From an uncultured Candidatus Saccharibacteria bacterium (GTDB lineage: Bacteria; Patescibacteriota; Saccharimonadia; Saccharimonadales; Saccharimonadaceae), in assembly GCA_963523045.1 (NCBI GenBank), contig CAURBE010000003.1:12528-76527 (forward strand): a DNA stretch of 64,000 bases, read 5' to 3'. The position numbers were made by a program, and so were the translations under genes. Every line of letters starts with the position of its first letter. The stretch's first letter is position 1. The notes under the pieces were generated by a model. The model was not told the DNA's origin and searched no databases. It worked only from the letters and a program-made list of their open reading frames with translations. Positions 10,414 through 21,043 of this stretch are shown here, in pieces.

Positions 10414-11666
10414 AATTCCCCTTTGCTTTCGTCAGTTATTATAGCATCTTTTAGCGACCGCTTGTAGATAAACAGCAGAAGTGCTACTTGCAAAAAGCTA
10501 ATTATCATGAAAACTAGCACACTACCCAACATCGCCAACTGCTCAATCAGACACACAGACATCACTACCGACAAAATATCCGTGAGTAGTAGTGTGTAAA
10601 ATTGCCCCTTAAACCGACGCATAATTATCAGCAAATTAACATAAATCGATACAAAAGCGTTCGCCGCCGCACCAATAACCATGATCGTCAAATCAAGGCG
10701 GAAATTATTGATATTAATGCCAAAAATAACGTTGAGTATCCAAACACCAATCAAATAACTCAGGATAACTGAAAGTACGCCTATTCCAAAGGTTATTTGA
10801 TTAATCTTACCAACAATTCGCGCAAACTCCTTCAATTTTCCTTTTGCTAATAGTTCAGACAAATTGACGACATTCGGCTGAATAATAAACGATATGAAGA
10901 GTCCAAGGAGCGTAATTGGCATCGCCATAATGCCAAAATAGCCAATTTGGTCAGGATGAGACTTGTCCAAAAAATACCGCGGAATATTGAGTGAAAACAT
11001 CGTCAAAAACACCACAACAAATACCGCTGAAGTACGTTTCATGATTACGACAGCCTGACCGGCGTATTCCTTGATAAACTTTTTATTCATAGCGATAGCT
11101 TCAACACGTCGCACCCATAACACATCATACAGAAGGATAATGAGCGCATTGACTAGCAATATCGCCAATGAGCCATACATGACATTTTTAGTTACAATAT
11201 CAACCACTATAAATACCCCAAAACCAAGAATCGCTTTCATGGTTAGTGAGATGCCAGCGATATACAATTTACGATGGATTTGCAAAACACCATACAACGA
11301 ATCGGCAATTGATTCTAAAATTTTAAAGGCTACCAAAATCATAATCAAGCCTGTTTTAGTAGCGTTATATCCATTCAATACACAAAACACCACTGCAGAA
11401 ACTGCCACAATAAGCGATGCAACAAAACGCACAGCGATATAACCGCCGCTGCAAAACTCCCGCTTGACATCAGATGCCTGATAAGTCCGGCCGCCCCATA
11501 AAGATATCGCCCAAAACACCACCGAAAGCGATATTGCAAATGAAAACAGTCCAGAATCGTCAATGCCGTTTAGTCGAGTGATAACAATTAGCAATACTGG
11601 AGAGATCGCACTCTGTAGCAATGAGCCTAGTGAGTTCCAGATGTAGTCCTTTTTCTGCGATTGCAT
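10410..11666 (-). CDS. Wzx-like oligosaccharide flippase
   Basis: Polytopic protein with about 12 hydrophobic segments; N-terminal WNSLGS...ITRLNG...GLFSFA pattern; glycan locus context. Confidence 0.8.
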   Translation of the reverse strand: MQSQKKDYIWNSLGSLLQSAISPVLLIVITRLNGIDDSGLFSFAISLSVVFWAISLWGGRTYQASDVKREFCSGGYIAVRFVASLIVAVSAVVFCVLNGYNATKTGLIMILVAFKILESIADSLYGVLQIHRKLYIAGISLTMKAILGFGVFIVVDIVTKNVMYGSLAILLVNALIILLYDVLWVRRVEAIAMNKKFIKEYAGQAVVIMKRTSAVFVVVFLTMFSLNIPRYFLDKSHPDQIGYFGIMAMPITLLGLFISFIIQPNVVNLSELLAKGKLKEFARIVGKINQITFGIGVLSVILSYLIGVWILNVIFGININNFRLDLTIMVIGAAANAFVSIYVNLLIIMRRFKGQFYTLLLTDILSVVMSVCLIEQLAMLGSVLVFMIISFLQVALLLFIYKRSLKDAIITDESKGEL

Positions 11667-11724
11667 ATCATTAGTATAGCAAGTTTGCTCAATAAACTAC
11701 TCTACTTTATAATTTGCTTAGTAT

Positions 11725-13113
11725 ATGAAAAAATATTGGTCTCGCTTTCTATCTTTTATTAAAAAGCCTGAAAACGTCTTTATATCTTTGTCATTGTTTT
11801 TTGGAGTGTTGTCGGCAGCCACCGTACCTCTGCTGTCAATCAATGACGAAGGCGTACATTATATGCGGGCCTATGGATTGTCCCAAGGAAAAATTGAATC
11901 AGGAGTTGCCTGTACTTTACCCAAAGAAGTGGTATTAAAAGCAAAAGAAGCAGATGTAAATAATTTCGTAACTAGCTATAAGAAGATCATAAATCGCAGC
12001 GATACAGAGACAGGTAAATGCAGCAGTGCAACTGGCTATCCTCCAATTATGCATCTACCGCAGACAATTGGTATTATGTTTGCAAATCTCTTACATGGTT
12101 CACTTGGAATAACTATTATATTTGGAAGATTGGCCAACCTAATATTTTATTCATTTGCTCTTTACTTCATCATAAAATGGGTACGCGTTGGCAAATGGAC
12201 ATTCGTAGCAACCGGCCTATTTCCGCTAATGATCCATTTGGCAGCGTCTCTTTCCGGAGACAGTATGACAAATATCGCAATTTTTACCGCTATTGCTGCT
12301 ACATTAAATCTCTTTAGCCAAAAAAGCCCGTTATCTCGACAGCAGCAGTTGCTTATCATTGCTGTAGCCTGCTTGTTAATTCTCACAAAGTCGGTAACAA
12401 TACTCTTATTATCACCAGTCATTTTCTTGCCAAAGCGCCTCTTCATTCCAGATAAAAAATCAAAAATATCTTTTATTCCGCAAAAATGGTTGATTCTCTC
12501 AGCAGCAGCAATATTAGCAGGCCTTTGTTTAATAGCGTGGCTTCATGTATACACACAACCCCTACTCACCACTGGCGCACCGCATAATCCGCTTCATAGC
12601 AATCCGCTCAAATTTATCCAGATATTATTTAATACTTACCTAAACCCAAACCTGCCCGTATCCGACGATATCCTAAGGGGCGTGATTGGCGCATTCTCTG
12701 CTTTTAAATATGGGTTGCCACTTTTTATATTACTACCCTCATTTTCCCTCCTCTTCCTCTCTCTCCTTCATTACAACAAGAAAGACCAGGAGTTATTAGG
12801 AGAGCAGACTGGTAAATTGGCAGTGTATAATTTGGCGACAATTGGATTGTTTGTTTGTGCAGTGTCGTATGCTATGTATACAGCGTGGGCCTTATTGCCA
12901 TTTAGGTTTGGCGAGGGAGCGTATTATGCGGATGGTGTTCAGGGTAGATACTTTACAGCAACAGCAGTTATGTTAGTGCCGGTAGGACTGTGGCTGCAGA
13001 AGTATATTAATGTAAGGACTAAGAATGAAAAAGTATTTAACCTTATTATGTTCTTTGGGCTAGCTTTAGTGCTTGGGTTTTATGTTTTTGAGACGGTGTG
13101 GAAATTTAAGTAG
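11725..13113 (+). CDS. DUF2142-like polytopic membrane protein (probable GT-C), copy 1
   Basis: DEGVHYMRAY in first loop, YPPIMHLPQ, GRLAN, GVQGRYF. Confidence 0.75.
   Translation: MKKYWSRFLSFIKKPENVFISLSLFFGVLSAATVPLLSINDEGVHYMRAYGLSQGKIESGVACTLPKEVVLKAKEADVNNFVTSYKKIINRSDTETGKCSSATGYPPIMHLPQTIGIMFANLLHGSLGITIIFGRLANLIFYSFALYFIIKWVRVGKWTFVATGLFPLMIHLAASLSGDSMTNIAIFTAIAATLNLFSQKSPLSRQQQLLIIAVACLLILTKSVTILLLSPVIFLPKRLFIPDKKSKISFIPQKWLILSAAAILAGLCLIAWLHVYTQPLLTTGAPHNPLHSNPLKFIQILFNTYLNPNLPVSDDILRGVIGAFSAFKYGLPLFILLPSFSLLFLSLLHYNKKDQELLGEQTGKLAVYNLATIGLFVCAVSYAMYTAWALLPFRFGEGAYYADGVQGRYFTATAVMLVPVGLWLQKYINVRTKNEKVFNLIMFFGLALVLGFYVFETVWKFK
12742..13102 (+). repeat. 361-bp exact direct repeat, copy 1
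   Basis: Identical by read-through to 14170-14530 (offset 1428). Confidence 0.92.
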
Positions 13114-13152
13114 CTATCCTAATCATGACAATATGCTAGAATAAAAACAGTT

Positions 13153-14541
13153 ATGAAAAAATATTGGTCTTTATTCTTATCTTTTATTAAAAAGCCTGAA
13201 AACGTCTTTATATCTTTGTCATTGTTCTTTGGAGTGTTGTCGTCAATACTAGTCCCTCAGTTATCTGTAAGCGATGAAAATATGCATTACCTGCGAGCTT
13301 ACGGAATATCTCAAGGCCGCGTAGAATCTGGATTGCATTGTACGCTTCCAAAAGATGTCGCTAAAAGAGCTGGGTCGGTTTACGAAGGTAATTTTTCTGC
13401 TGACTACTCTAAGCCTATAGACCGCAATACATTAGACGTTGATAAATGTAGTAGCGCATCTGGCTATCCGCCAATTATGCACCTGCCGCAAGCAATCGGC
13501 ATTAATATAGCAAATCTATTTGGAGGATCTACTGGGTTAACTATTCTGTTTGGACGAATTGCTAATATAATTTTTTATTCAGTAGCCGTCTTTTTCGTCA
13601 TAAAATGGGTACGCGTTGGCAAATGGGCATTTACGGCAATTGGGCTTATCCCTCTTATGGTTCATATGGCCGCTTCACTATCAAGCGACTGCATGACAAA
13701 TGTGGCAGTCTTTACAATTATTGCTTTTACCTTGAACCTATTCACCCAAAAGGATAAGTTATCACATAAACAAACAGTCGCTCTTATCTGTATAGGAGTA
13801 TTCCTTGCTCTAACCAAATCTGTAAATGCCTTACTGCTATTTCCTCTTCTGTTTTTACCAAAGCGTCTATTCTCACCCAACAAAAACAAACGTCTGCCAT
13901 TTAATATTCAGAAGTGGACTATATTGGTAGTAACTGGCATCGCCGCGATAATTAGCATACTAATTTGGCAAAAAATATTTGGACAGCCGTTACTTACATT
14001 AGGCGCAGCGCACAATCCGCTCCACAGTAATCCATTAAAGTTTATTGCCATACTGTTTAACACCTACATTAGCCCAACTATCGGATACACGGATGTTGTA
14101 TTACGTGGTAGCGTTGGTGATTTTTCATCCTTTAAATACCACCTGCCTTTGTTTGTGTTGATACCGCTCTTTTCCCTCCTCTTCCTCTCTCTCCTTCATT
14201 ACAACAAGAAAGACCAGGAGTTATTAGGAGAGCAGACTGGTAAATTGGCAGTGTATAATTTGGCGACAATTGGATTGTTTGTTTGTGCAGTGTCGTATGC
14301 TATGTATACAGCGTGGGCCTTATTGCCATTTAGGTTTGGCGAGGGAGCGTATTATGCGGATGGTGTTCAGGGTAGATACTTTACAGCAACAGCAGTTATG
14401 TTAGTGCCGGTAGGACTGTGGCTGCAGAAGTATATTAATGTAAGGACTAAGAATGAAAAAGTATTTAACCTTATTATGTTCTTTGGGCTAGCTTTAGTGC
14501 TTGGGTTTTATGTTTTTGAGACGGTGTGGACTTATAAATAA
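13153..14541 (+). CDS. DUF2142-like polytopic membrane protein (probable GT-C), copy 2
   Basis: Same length (462 aa) and motifs as copy 1; DENMHYLRAY. Confidence 0.75.
   Translation: MKKYWSLFLSFIKKPENVFISLSLFFGVLSSILVPQLSVSDENMHYLRAYGISQGRVESGLHCTLPKDVAKRAGSVYEGNFSADYSKPIDRNTLDVDKCSSASGYPPIMHLPQAIGINIANLFGGSTGLTILFGRIANIIFYSVAVFFVIKWVRVGKWAFTAIGLIPLMVHMAASLSSDCMTNVAVFTIIAFTLNLFTQKDKLSHKQTVALICIGVFLALTKSVNALLLFPLLFLPKRLFSPNKNKRLPFNIQKWTILVVTGIAAIISILIWQKIFGQPLLTLGAAHNPLHSNPLKFIAILFNTYISPTIGYTDVVLRGSVGDFSSFKYHLPLFVLIPLFSLLFLSLLHYNKKDQELLGEQTGKLAVYNLATIGLFVCAVSYAMYTAWALLPFRFGEGAYYADGVQGRYFTATAVMLVPVGLWLQKYINVRTKNEKVFNLIMFFGLALVLGFYVFETVWTYK
14170..14530 (+). repeat. 361-bp exact direct repeat, copy 2
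   Basis: Identical to 12742-13102. Confidence 0.92.
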
Positions 14542-14592
14542 ACTCGATCCAATCTTTGCACTTATGCTTGCTTGTGTTAAAATAATGTAAAT

Positions 14593-15159
14593 ATGAGAAT
14601 TACAAATAAAAAACTTTCAAAAAAGCAAATAGTAGTAGCTACCCTTGCTGTAGCTGTCGCGATTTGCGGGAGTGTTTTCGCGCTTGATAAGATCGGTATT
14701 ATCTCAATTTTTCCCAAAGAAACCGTACCAAATATCAGTAAAGAGCCAACGCCGCAAGAAAAAAAATCTGAAGAAAAAGCCAATCAAGATACCAAAGAAT
14801 CATTCCTTAACACAGCAAAAGATAACGAAGAAAAGTCTGTTGAGAAAAGTAAACCTGCACCAGTACCAACAGACAACTCGTCAATCGAGCTCTCAGCCGA
14901 TAAAGATGGGGATAACGTTACAATTATCGTAAAATTAAAAGAACAGGGTTATTCACAAGGCAAATGCTCTCTAACCGTAGCCGCTAATGGAAAAAAGGTT
15001 GCGCAGAATGCTGATATTATATACCAGCCAGAATATTCTACCTGTGCTGGATTTTCAATACCCGTATCTTCAGTCGGCGGCGGCCAATGGACTATTTCAT
15101 TATCGGTAACTCCACTCAACGGCAAGCCTATAACTAAAACTTTAATAAAGGAGATTTAA
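14593..15159 (+). CDS. Membrane-anchored hypothetical protein
   Basis: N-terminal TM, Lys/Glu/Pro-rich linker, beta-rich C-terminal domain with two Cys. Confidence 0.75.
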   Translation: MRITNKKLSKKQIVVATLAVAVAICGSVFALDKIGIISIFPKETVPNISKEPTPQEKKSEEKANQDTKESFLNTAKDNEEKSVEKSKPAPVPTDNSSIELSADKDGDNVTIIVKLKEQGYSQGKCSLTVAANGKKVAQNADIIYQPEYSTCAGFSIPVSSVGGGQWTISLSVTPLNGKPITKTLIKEI

Positions 15160-17432
15160 TGGTGAAAACGAGAATATTTATCTCTGCCATTGCCGTTGCT
15201 GCAATTGGTGTTTTTAGTTTAGTGTTTTTTGCTAATCAATCGAGTGCCGTCACCGCTAGCGATTGGCGCGCTGGAAACATCGTTGACGACTTTGTTTTTA
15301 CTAATTCTGATGACATGACAGTTGCTGATATCCAAGCATTTCTCAATAGTATTAACCCAAATTGCGACACATACGGAACTGGGCGCGCTGTTGAAAAAGG
15401 CAGAGGTGATATTACACGCGCACAATATGCCGCTTTGCGGGGCTGGGCAGGTCCGCCTTATATCTGTCTAAAAGATTATTATGAAGTTCCTAAATACTCG
15501 CCAGGCAACTACATTCCTGCCAATAACTTTAGCGGTTCAATACCAGCAGGGGCTGTCAGTGCGGCGCAAATAATCTACGATGCAGCGAAGCGTAATAATT
15601 TAAGCCCGAAAGTTATCCTAGTTAAAATCGCTACTGAATCGGCCGGCCCGCTTACCTCAGATAATTGGCCTTTGCAAAGCCAATATACTTACGCTATGGG
15701 TTCGCATTGTCCAGACAGCGGCCCCGGCGGCAGCGCAAATTGCGACCGCAATTATGCCGGCTTCTCAATGCAAGTCGAATCTGGAGCCCAATTAATGCGC
15801 TGGTATCTCGACAACATGGAAAAACCGTGGTGGAGCTACAAGAAACCGTTCGCTACTAACTCAATTTTGTGGAATGTAGTGCAGCGCGGCTGCGGCGCTG
15901 GAGACGTATATATTGCCAGCAAAGCAACAGCTGCACTATATACTTACACCCCGTATCAACCAAATCAGGCCGCTCTTAACAATATGTACGGACTAGGCGA
16001 CCATTGCAGCGCTTATGGCAATCGTAACTTTTGGCGCGTTTGGAACGACTGGTTTGGTTCGACCCAATACAGCCGTCCAATCATTAGTTTCAAATCGCAT
16101 ATTAGCTACTATGGCTGGACTGGACTAGTACACAATCGCGGCATTACTGGCTTTACCGGCCAGAGCAAATCCATGCAAGCCTTCACTATTGACGGTGAAG
16201 TTACATATTCGTCGTATAGCGAAGAACGCGGCTGGCAGCCAACTGTCTATGGAGGCATGCAATCTGGCACAACAGAACTTAACAGACCTATTCAAGCAGT
16301 CAAAATTCAACCAACTAGATTGCTTGCTGCAAAATATGACTTATACTACCGTGCGCATGTCAGCTATGTCGGCTGGATGGGTTGGGCAAAAAATGGCGAG
16401 CCAGCCGGCATAACGGGCGGACCTGGAAATAACATAGAGGCCTTAGAAATCCGGCTTGTTCACAAAGGATCTAGCGCTCCGGAAGATTCAGGCCAAGCTT
16501 TCAAAAATATTAATACAAAGGGAGATTCTTCACCGCTAGCAGTCTCAATTAGCTCGCACGTTGGCATGGTTGGCTGGCAACCAGCAGTCACTGATGAAAT
16601 GATTAGCGGCACTACCGGCCAAAGCCGTCGGATTGAAGCCGTCAAAGCCTCCCTTATTAATAAAACTGGCATTTCTGGCGACCTTCGCTATTCGTCCCAC
16701 GTCTCATGGGTTGGCTGGCAAGACTGGAAAAATGCAAACGAAATATCAGGCACTACTGGTCAATTCAAATCAGTCGAAGCAATTCGCTTTATGCTCACTG
16801 GCGACCTTGCAAAATCATACGATATCTGGTATCGTGCTTATTCGCAGTATGTCGGCTGGATGGGTTGGGCAAAAAATGGCGAGCCAGCCGGATCAACTGG
16901 CGCAACCAGACAGCTTGAGGCCATCCAGATTCGTATAGTGCCAAAAAATTCAATCGCCCTACCTAGCGGTGCATTCTATAACCCAGCCAATACGCCTGTC
17001 CCAGATTTGTATGATCTCAGCTATTCAACCCACGTCAGCTATGTTGGCTGGATGCCAAATGTATCCCAGGGTGTCATGTCTGGCACAACGGGGCGATCGT
17101 TCGCCGTTGAAGCACTACGCATTGCCAAAGCTATATCACAACGCGACGGATCGACCATCGCCATCCGCTGCTCATCAAAATCGGCTAACGGCCCTTGGTC
17201 GGCAGATATGCCTGTGACCGAACAACAAATCTGTGGCACTACCGGCCAAACAAAAGCGCTCAATGGCATAAAACTATCCCTCAGTGAAACCGACGCCAAG
17301 AAATATGATATTTACTATCAAACTCACCTATCATGGATTGGTTGGCAAGAGTGGAAAAAGAACGGTGAGGTCGCCGGCGATAAACCAGGATCACACATTG
17401 AAGCTGTTAGAATAAAGCTTGTTGAAAAATAA
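15159..17432 (+). CDS. Secreted protein: Cys-containing putative cell-wall-active N-domain plus ChW-like repeats
   Basis: Signal peptide; repeated units Y-x-x-H-V-S-x-V-G-W...G-T-T-G...EA-I/L from about residue 310 to the end. Confidence 0.75.
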   Translation: MVKTRIFISAIAVAAIGVFSLVFFANQSSAVTASDWRAGNIVDDFVFTNSDDMTVADIQAFLNSINPNCDTYGTGRAVEKGRGDITRAQYAALRGWAGPPYICLKDYYEVPKYSPGNYIPANNFSGSIPAGAVSAAQIIYDAAKRNNLSPKVILVKIATESAGPLTSDNWPLQSQYTYAMGSHCPDSGPGGSANCDRNYAGFSMQVESGAQLMRWYLDNMEKPWWSYKKPFATNSILWNVVQRGCGAGDVYIASKATAALYTYTPYQPNQAALNNMYGLGDHCSAYGNRNFWRVWNDWFGSTQYSRPIISFKSHISYYGWTGLVHNRGITGFTGQSKSMQAFTIDGEVTYSSYSEERGWQPTVYGGMQSGTTELNRPIQAVKIQPTRLLAAKYDLYYRAHVSYVGWMGWAKNGEPAGITGGPGNNIEALEIRLVHKGSSAPEDSGQAFKNINTKGDSSPLAVSISSHVGMVGWQPAVTDEMISGTTGQSRRIEAVKASLINKTGISGDLRYSSHVSWVGWQDWKNANEISGTTGQFKSVEAIRFMLTGDLAKSYDIWYRAYSQYVGWMGWAKNGEPAGSTGATRQLEAIQIRIVPKNSIALPSGAFYNPANTPVPDLYDLSYSTHVSYVGWMPNVSQGVMSGTTGRSFAVEALRIAKAISQRDGSTIAIRCSSKSANGPWSADMPVTEQQICGTTGQTKALNGIKLSLSETDAKKYDIYYQTHLSWIGWQEWKKNGEVAGDKPGSHIEAVRIKLVEK

Positions 17433-17438
17433 AATCTC

Positions 17439-19637
17439 TTATTTATATATATCAACAATCCGCTGCTCAAGCTTACTCCACTGATAAGCTTGAGCAGTTT
17501 TTTGACCATTTTTAATGATTTTATCGCGCAGTTTTTTATCGTTTAGTAACTTTTCAACAGCTGCAACGCCCGCATCGATATCGCCTTGGCGATAAAATAG
17601 ACAGTTGTAATCATCTTTCAGATATTCAACATTGCCGCCGTTTGGTACTACAACAGATACGCCGCCAGTCGCCATCATTTCAAGCGGCGGATATGAAAAG
17701 CTCTCAACGATACTAGTTTTAATCAAAATATCGCAGCTTGCGTACACTTCTCCAACTTTTTCTGGAGCAATACGATTATAAAATCTATCGACTCGGTACC
17801 AATCTTTTGGTTCCTTGCGGTATGATAAATACGAAATCTCAAATTTATCAGGGTCAAGCCTCTCAACGATACGAAAAGCTTCGTCAGTATTTTTATACTC
17901 ACTTTTACTATCGCCTTCAATAAGTATCTTTATTTTGCCCGTAAAATCCCGTTCACGATATGGGTACAATTCAAGATCAATTCCATTTGAGACATACTCG
18001 GACTCTTTATGAAAAACATCTTCCAACCACTTCTGACACCATAGTGACATCGTAATATACCGTATACCAGATTGATCGCAGTAAGAAGCGTTCGCTAAAA
18101 AGCGCGGTTCACCAGTGCCTGGTATATAAAAATCCGTTTCAAAGTTTTGCACAAAATAAAGCCGATTACGAACATTAGGCTGCTTCTTAACTAGCTCAAC
18201 AGTTGACCACAACGTTGCAACCTGCGTGTCGAAAAACGCTTTCATTTTAGTTTTGTGCGTAGCAACGACATTAAATCCAGGCAACTCATATCTATAGCTA
18301 TAGGTTTTCTTAGCAATTTTTAGAGCGTGCTTACTGACTGCATCAATTAGCGTCACGTCCCAGCCATGTCTTCTTAGTACATCAGCATGCTTTAAGGCGA
18401 CAATTACTCCTCCTGAAATATCGGTCGACGGCAGAATGAAACCGATATTTCGCGCCAAATGCTTTCTAACAAACGAAGCTAGGTTATAGCCAGTGTACAC
18501 CGTCGAATAGTTATGAATTATCTCCTCGTGAGCTTTATCTGCAAGTTTACCGCGCAAAACCGAGTCTGATACTAGTAAGTCAAGCGCCTTAAACCACTCT
18601 GCGTCAGTATTGTTTACTAGTATGCCTGTTTTGTTATTCTGAATTTTCTCTGCAAAAGCGCCAATATTGCTGGCTATGGTTGGAATCTTTACAAGAGCCG
18701 CCTCAACCCATTTATTCTCAGATTTTGCGCGGTTAAAAATCGTATCAACCAGCGGCGCTAAAACAATATCGCACTCCGCCATAACAGCTGGCAATTCTCG
18801 CCAATCAACAAATCCTGACGTAATAAGACGCTCTTTATACGGATCAAGGGCGTCTGGAACATCCAGAATGCCAGCAATCTTAAGATAAACCTGCGGATAC
18901 TTTTCGAATATTTTAATAAGACTAGGAATAACGAGATCGAAATCTTCATTATGGGTAATACTACCGCTGAAATATCCAATAATAACTTTTTCTTTATTTT
19001 TGCTAACTGTTTCAAACGCTAAGTTAGACATTTTAATCATTTCATCAGATGCAACGTTGCGGTTAATCAGCACTTTACCCTTCGTGTAATGCTGTAGCTC
19101 CTCTTGCAGTTGAGCGGTCGTGGTAACAACATGATCGCACAACTCCAGCGTTTCGCGCATCCGATTAACACCATCATCGTAGAGCCGCTTATCATCAGCG
19201 CTCATTCGTTGAACATATTTAATTGAATCAGTATATTTCTGGTCAATTACCAAATCATCGATATCAAAAAAACAGGTTTTATTAAAATAATGCGCCTGCT
19301 TGATAAATTCGCGAATCGTATCAGTTATTGGGCAGCGGAAAAATACAAATCCGCGATAATACTTCAATTGATCAAGCGATAATCTATCATAAAAAACGCT
19401 TTCAACAGTTAACCCCTGCGACATTAACTGCTCCATCTGGTGAGCAACTCGATAGCGTTCTGGGTGCGGCAAAGTGCAGCCGTTAATAAACAAAATATCT
19501 TTATATACTTGCTGTTTTTTATCAGGAAATTTCTTATAATACGCATACTTTGCTGCGCGTTTTACAAAGCGGACAGCACCATCGTCTTTAATTATTACAA
19601 CACTTTTCTTTACAAGATTATTAACTTTACGTATCAT
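17439..19637 (-). CDS. Two-domain glycosyltransferase (GT4-like tandem)
   Basis: FDIDDL, GYFSGSITH, KSENKWVEAA in domain 1; ESFSYPPLEMMA in domain 2. Confidence 0.88.
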   Translation of the reverse strand: MIRKVNNLVKKSVVIIKDDGAVRFVKRAAKYAYYKKFPDKKQQVYKDILFINGCTLPHPERYRVAHQMEQLMSQGLTVESVFYDRLSLDQLKYYRGFVFFRCPITDTIREFIKQAHYFNKTCFFDIDDLVIDQKYTDSIKYVQRMSADDKRLYDDGVNRMRETLELCDHVVTTTAQLQEELQHYTKGKVLINRNVASDEMIKMSNLAFETVSKNKEKVIIGYFSGSITHNEDFDLVIPSLIKIFEKYPQVYLKIAGILDVPDALDPYKERLITSGFVDWRELPAVMAECDIVLAPLVDTIFNRAKSENKWVEAALVKIPTIASNIGAFAEKIQNNKTGILVNNTDAEWFKALDLLVSDSVLRGKLADKAHEEIIHNYSTVYTGYNLASFVRKHLARNIGFILPSTDISGGVIVALKHADVLRRHGWDVTLIDAVSKHALKIAKKTYSYRYELPGFNVVATHKTKMKAFFDTQVATLWSTVELVKKQPNVRNRLYFVQNFETDFYIPGTGEPRFLANASYCDQSGIRYITMSLWCQKWLEDVFHKESEYVSNGIDLELYPYRERDFTGKIKILIEGDSKSEYKNTDEAFRIVERLDPDKFEISYLSYRKEPKDWYRVDRFYNRIAPEKVGEVYASCDILIKTSIVESFSYPPLEMMATGGVSVVVPNGGNVEYLKDDYNCLFYRQGDIDAGVAAVEKLLNDKKLRDKIIKNGQKTAQAYQWSKLEQRIVDIYK

Positions 19638-21040
19638 TATTTTTCCTCCTTAGTCGTCATGTACGGATTATATAACGTTCTTAGATCCTTATCGCAGAGA
19701 GCTTTAGTTAGCAATCGGCTAGTTATTCTTGTTAATCCATCAATCGAAGCCAACTTATTCCGTTCAATAAATAGCACAGGAAGATCTATCACACCTAGAT
19801 TATACCTAGCGGTTAGATAAATATGTCTTGTAAATGACCGTCGGCTTAGCGTCTGTATACATTCTACTATTTTTTTATCTAAGATTGACGTAAGGTTTTT
19901 TATAACTCGGTTCTCGTCAGCTATAGGCGGAACGACTGCACCGATATCAGGTCGCATCACATCGCCCATATCGCTATAATCATCAATATCTTTAATCATA
20001 GTCTCTGAGAATGCTATTATATCAGCAGCTTCATCACGAATGATGTCGCCGACAGTGGCTGATTCGCTAAATAATACATTTTTTATGGTAAGATTTTGCG
20101 GCGTAGAATATTTTAGCCGCCACTGAGCGCCATACATTGAATCGCGCACGACTTGAGCTTGAACTTGACGCTTCTTGATATCATCATTTAAAGCTCCCTT
20201 TTGAGCATTGATAACATAAGGCTTTGCGTCTAATCCTTGCGCAGTAGAATTTTTATGGACACGCCAATAGTAAAGTATTTGCGAAACATGCGCAATCTGC
20301 TGTGGCTGCAACATTCTCGTTATACGCAAGAAAAGTTCCCAATCTTGGGCTCCGTTGTAGTTGCCGTCTTCACCCTCCAGCTCCAACAAAAGTTTACGCT
20401 GCATGACAGCAAAGTGCGTAATATAGTTTACCGACCGCAAGAAATCAGCATTCCAATCAGGTTTGAAAAATGGTTGATATTTTCGTCCGCGTTCATCAAG
20501 CTTAATCTCGTCAGTATATATAAATTTTACATCTGGCAAATTATTTATCTTTTCGACAATTCGCAATAAAGCGTCTGGGTGCAGCACGTCGTCATGATCA
20601 AGTAGCGCCACGTATTCCCCGCTAGCTTTATGGATACCGTAATTTGTCGCCCCGGCAATATGGCGATTGGCCTTAAGAAAAAAAGGCTTTATTTTTGCAT
20701 TAGTCTTTGCTATAGAGCTGATTTCTTGTTTCAAGCCTGTATCAGGCGACGCATCATCAACAATAATCAGCTCCCAATTATCGTATGATTGAGATTCAAC
20801 CGACTGAACCATTTCCCTCAAGTATTTAGTTGGAGTATTGTAAGTCGGTACAATAATCGACACTAGCGGCTGTCTGCGTAATTTATAATTTATAGGCTTA
20901 TCTTCATACCTGCACTGCCATGACTCATATAACCTGCGCTGACGCGAATCAAGATAGTTGCGATATGGCGAAATCAATAACAGCAAGAAAGAGTAAAGTG
21001 CTCTATTGTGTTTTATTATATTTTTCAAGCGTTGCAGCAT
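19637..21040 (-). CDS. Glycosyltransferase family 2
   Basis: SIIVPTYNT, VDDAS, LLDHDD, YTDE, GAQDW, LYYWR. Confidence 0.9.
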   Translation of the reverse strand: MLQRLKNIIKHNRALYSFLLLLISPYRNYLDSRQRRLYESWQCRYEDKPINYKLRRQPLVSIIVPTYNTPTKYLREMVQSVESQSYDNWELIIVDDASPDTGLKQEISSIAKTNAKIKPFFLKANRHIAGATNYGIHKASGEYVALLDHDDVLHPDALLRIVEKINNLPDVKFIYTDEIKLDERGRKYQPFFKPDWNADFLRSVNYITHFAVMQRKLLLELEGEDGNYNGAQDWELFLRITRMLQPQQIAHVSQILYYWRVHKNSTAQGLDAKPYVINAQKGALNDDIKKRQVQAQVVRDSMYGAQWRLKYSTPQNLTIKNVLFSESATVGDIIRDEAADIIAFSETMIKDIDDYSDMGDVMRPDIGAVVPPIADENRVIKNLTSILDKKIVECIQTLSRRSFTRHIYLTARYNLGVIDLPVLFIERNKLASIDGLTRITSRLLTKALCDKDLRTLYNPYMTTKEEK

Positions 21041-21043
21041 ATT

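Noticed and set aside
12742..14530. Diversity-generating retroelement TR/VR pair
   Set aside because: The copies are identical with no adenine-specific mismatches, and no reverse transcriptase is present
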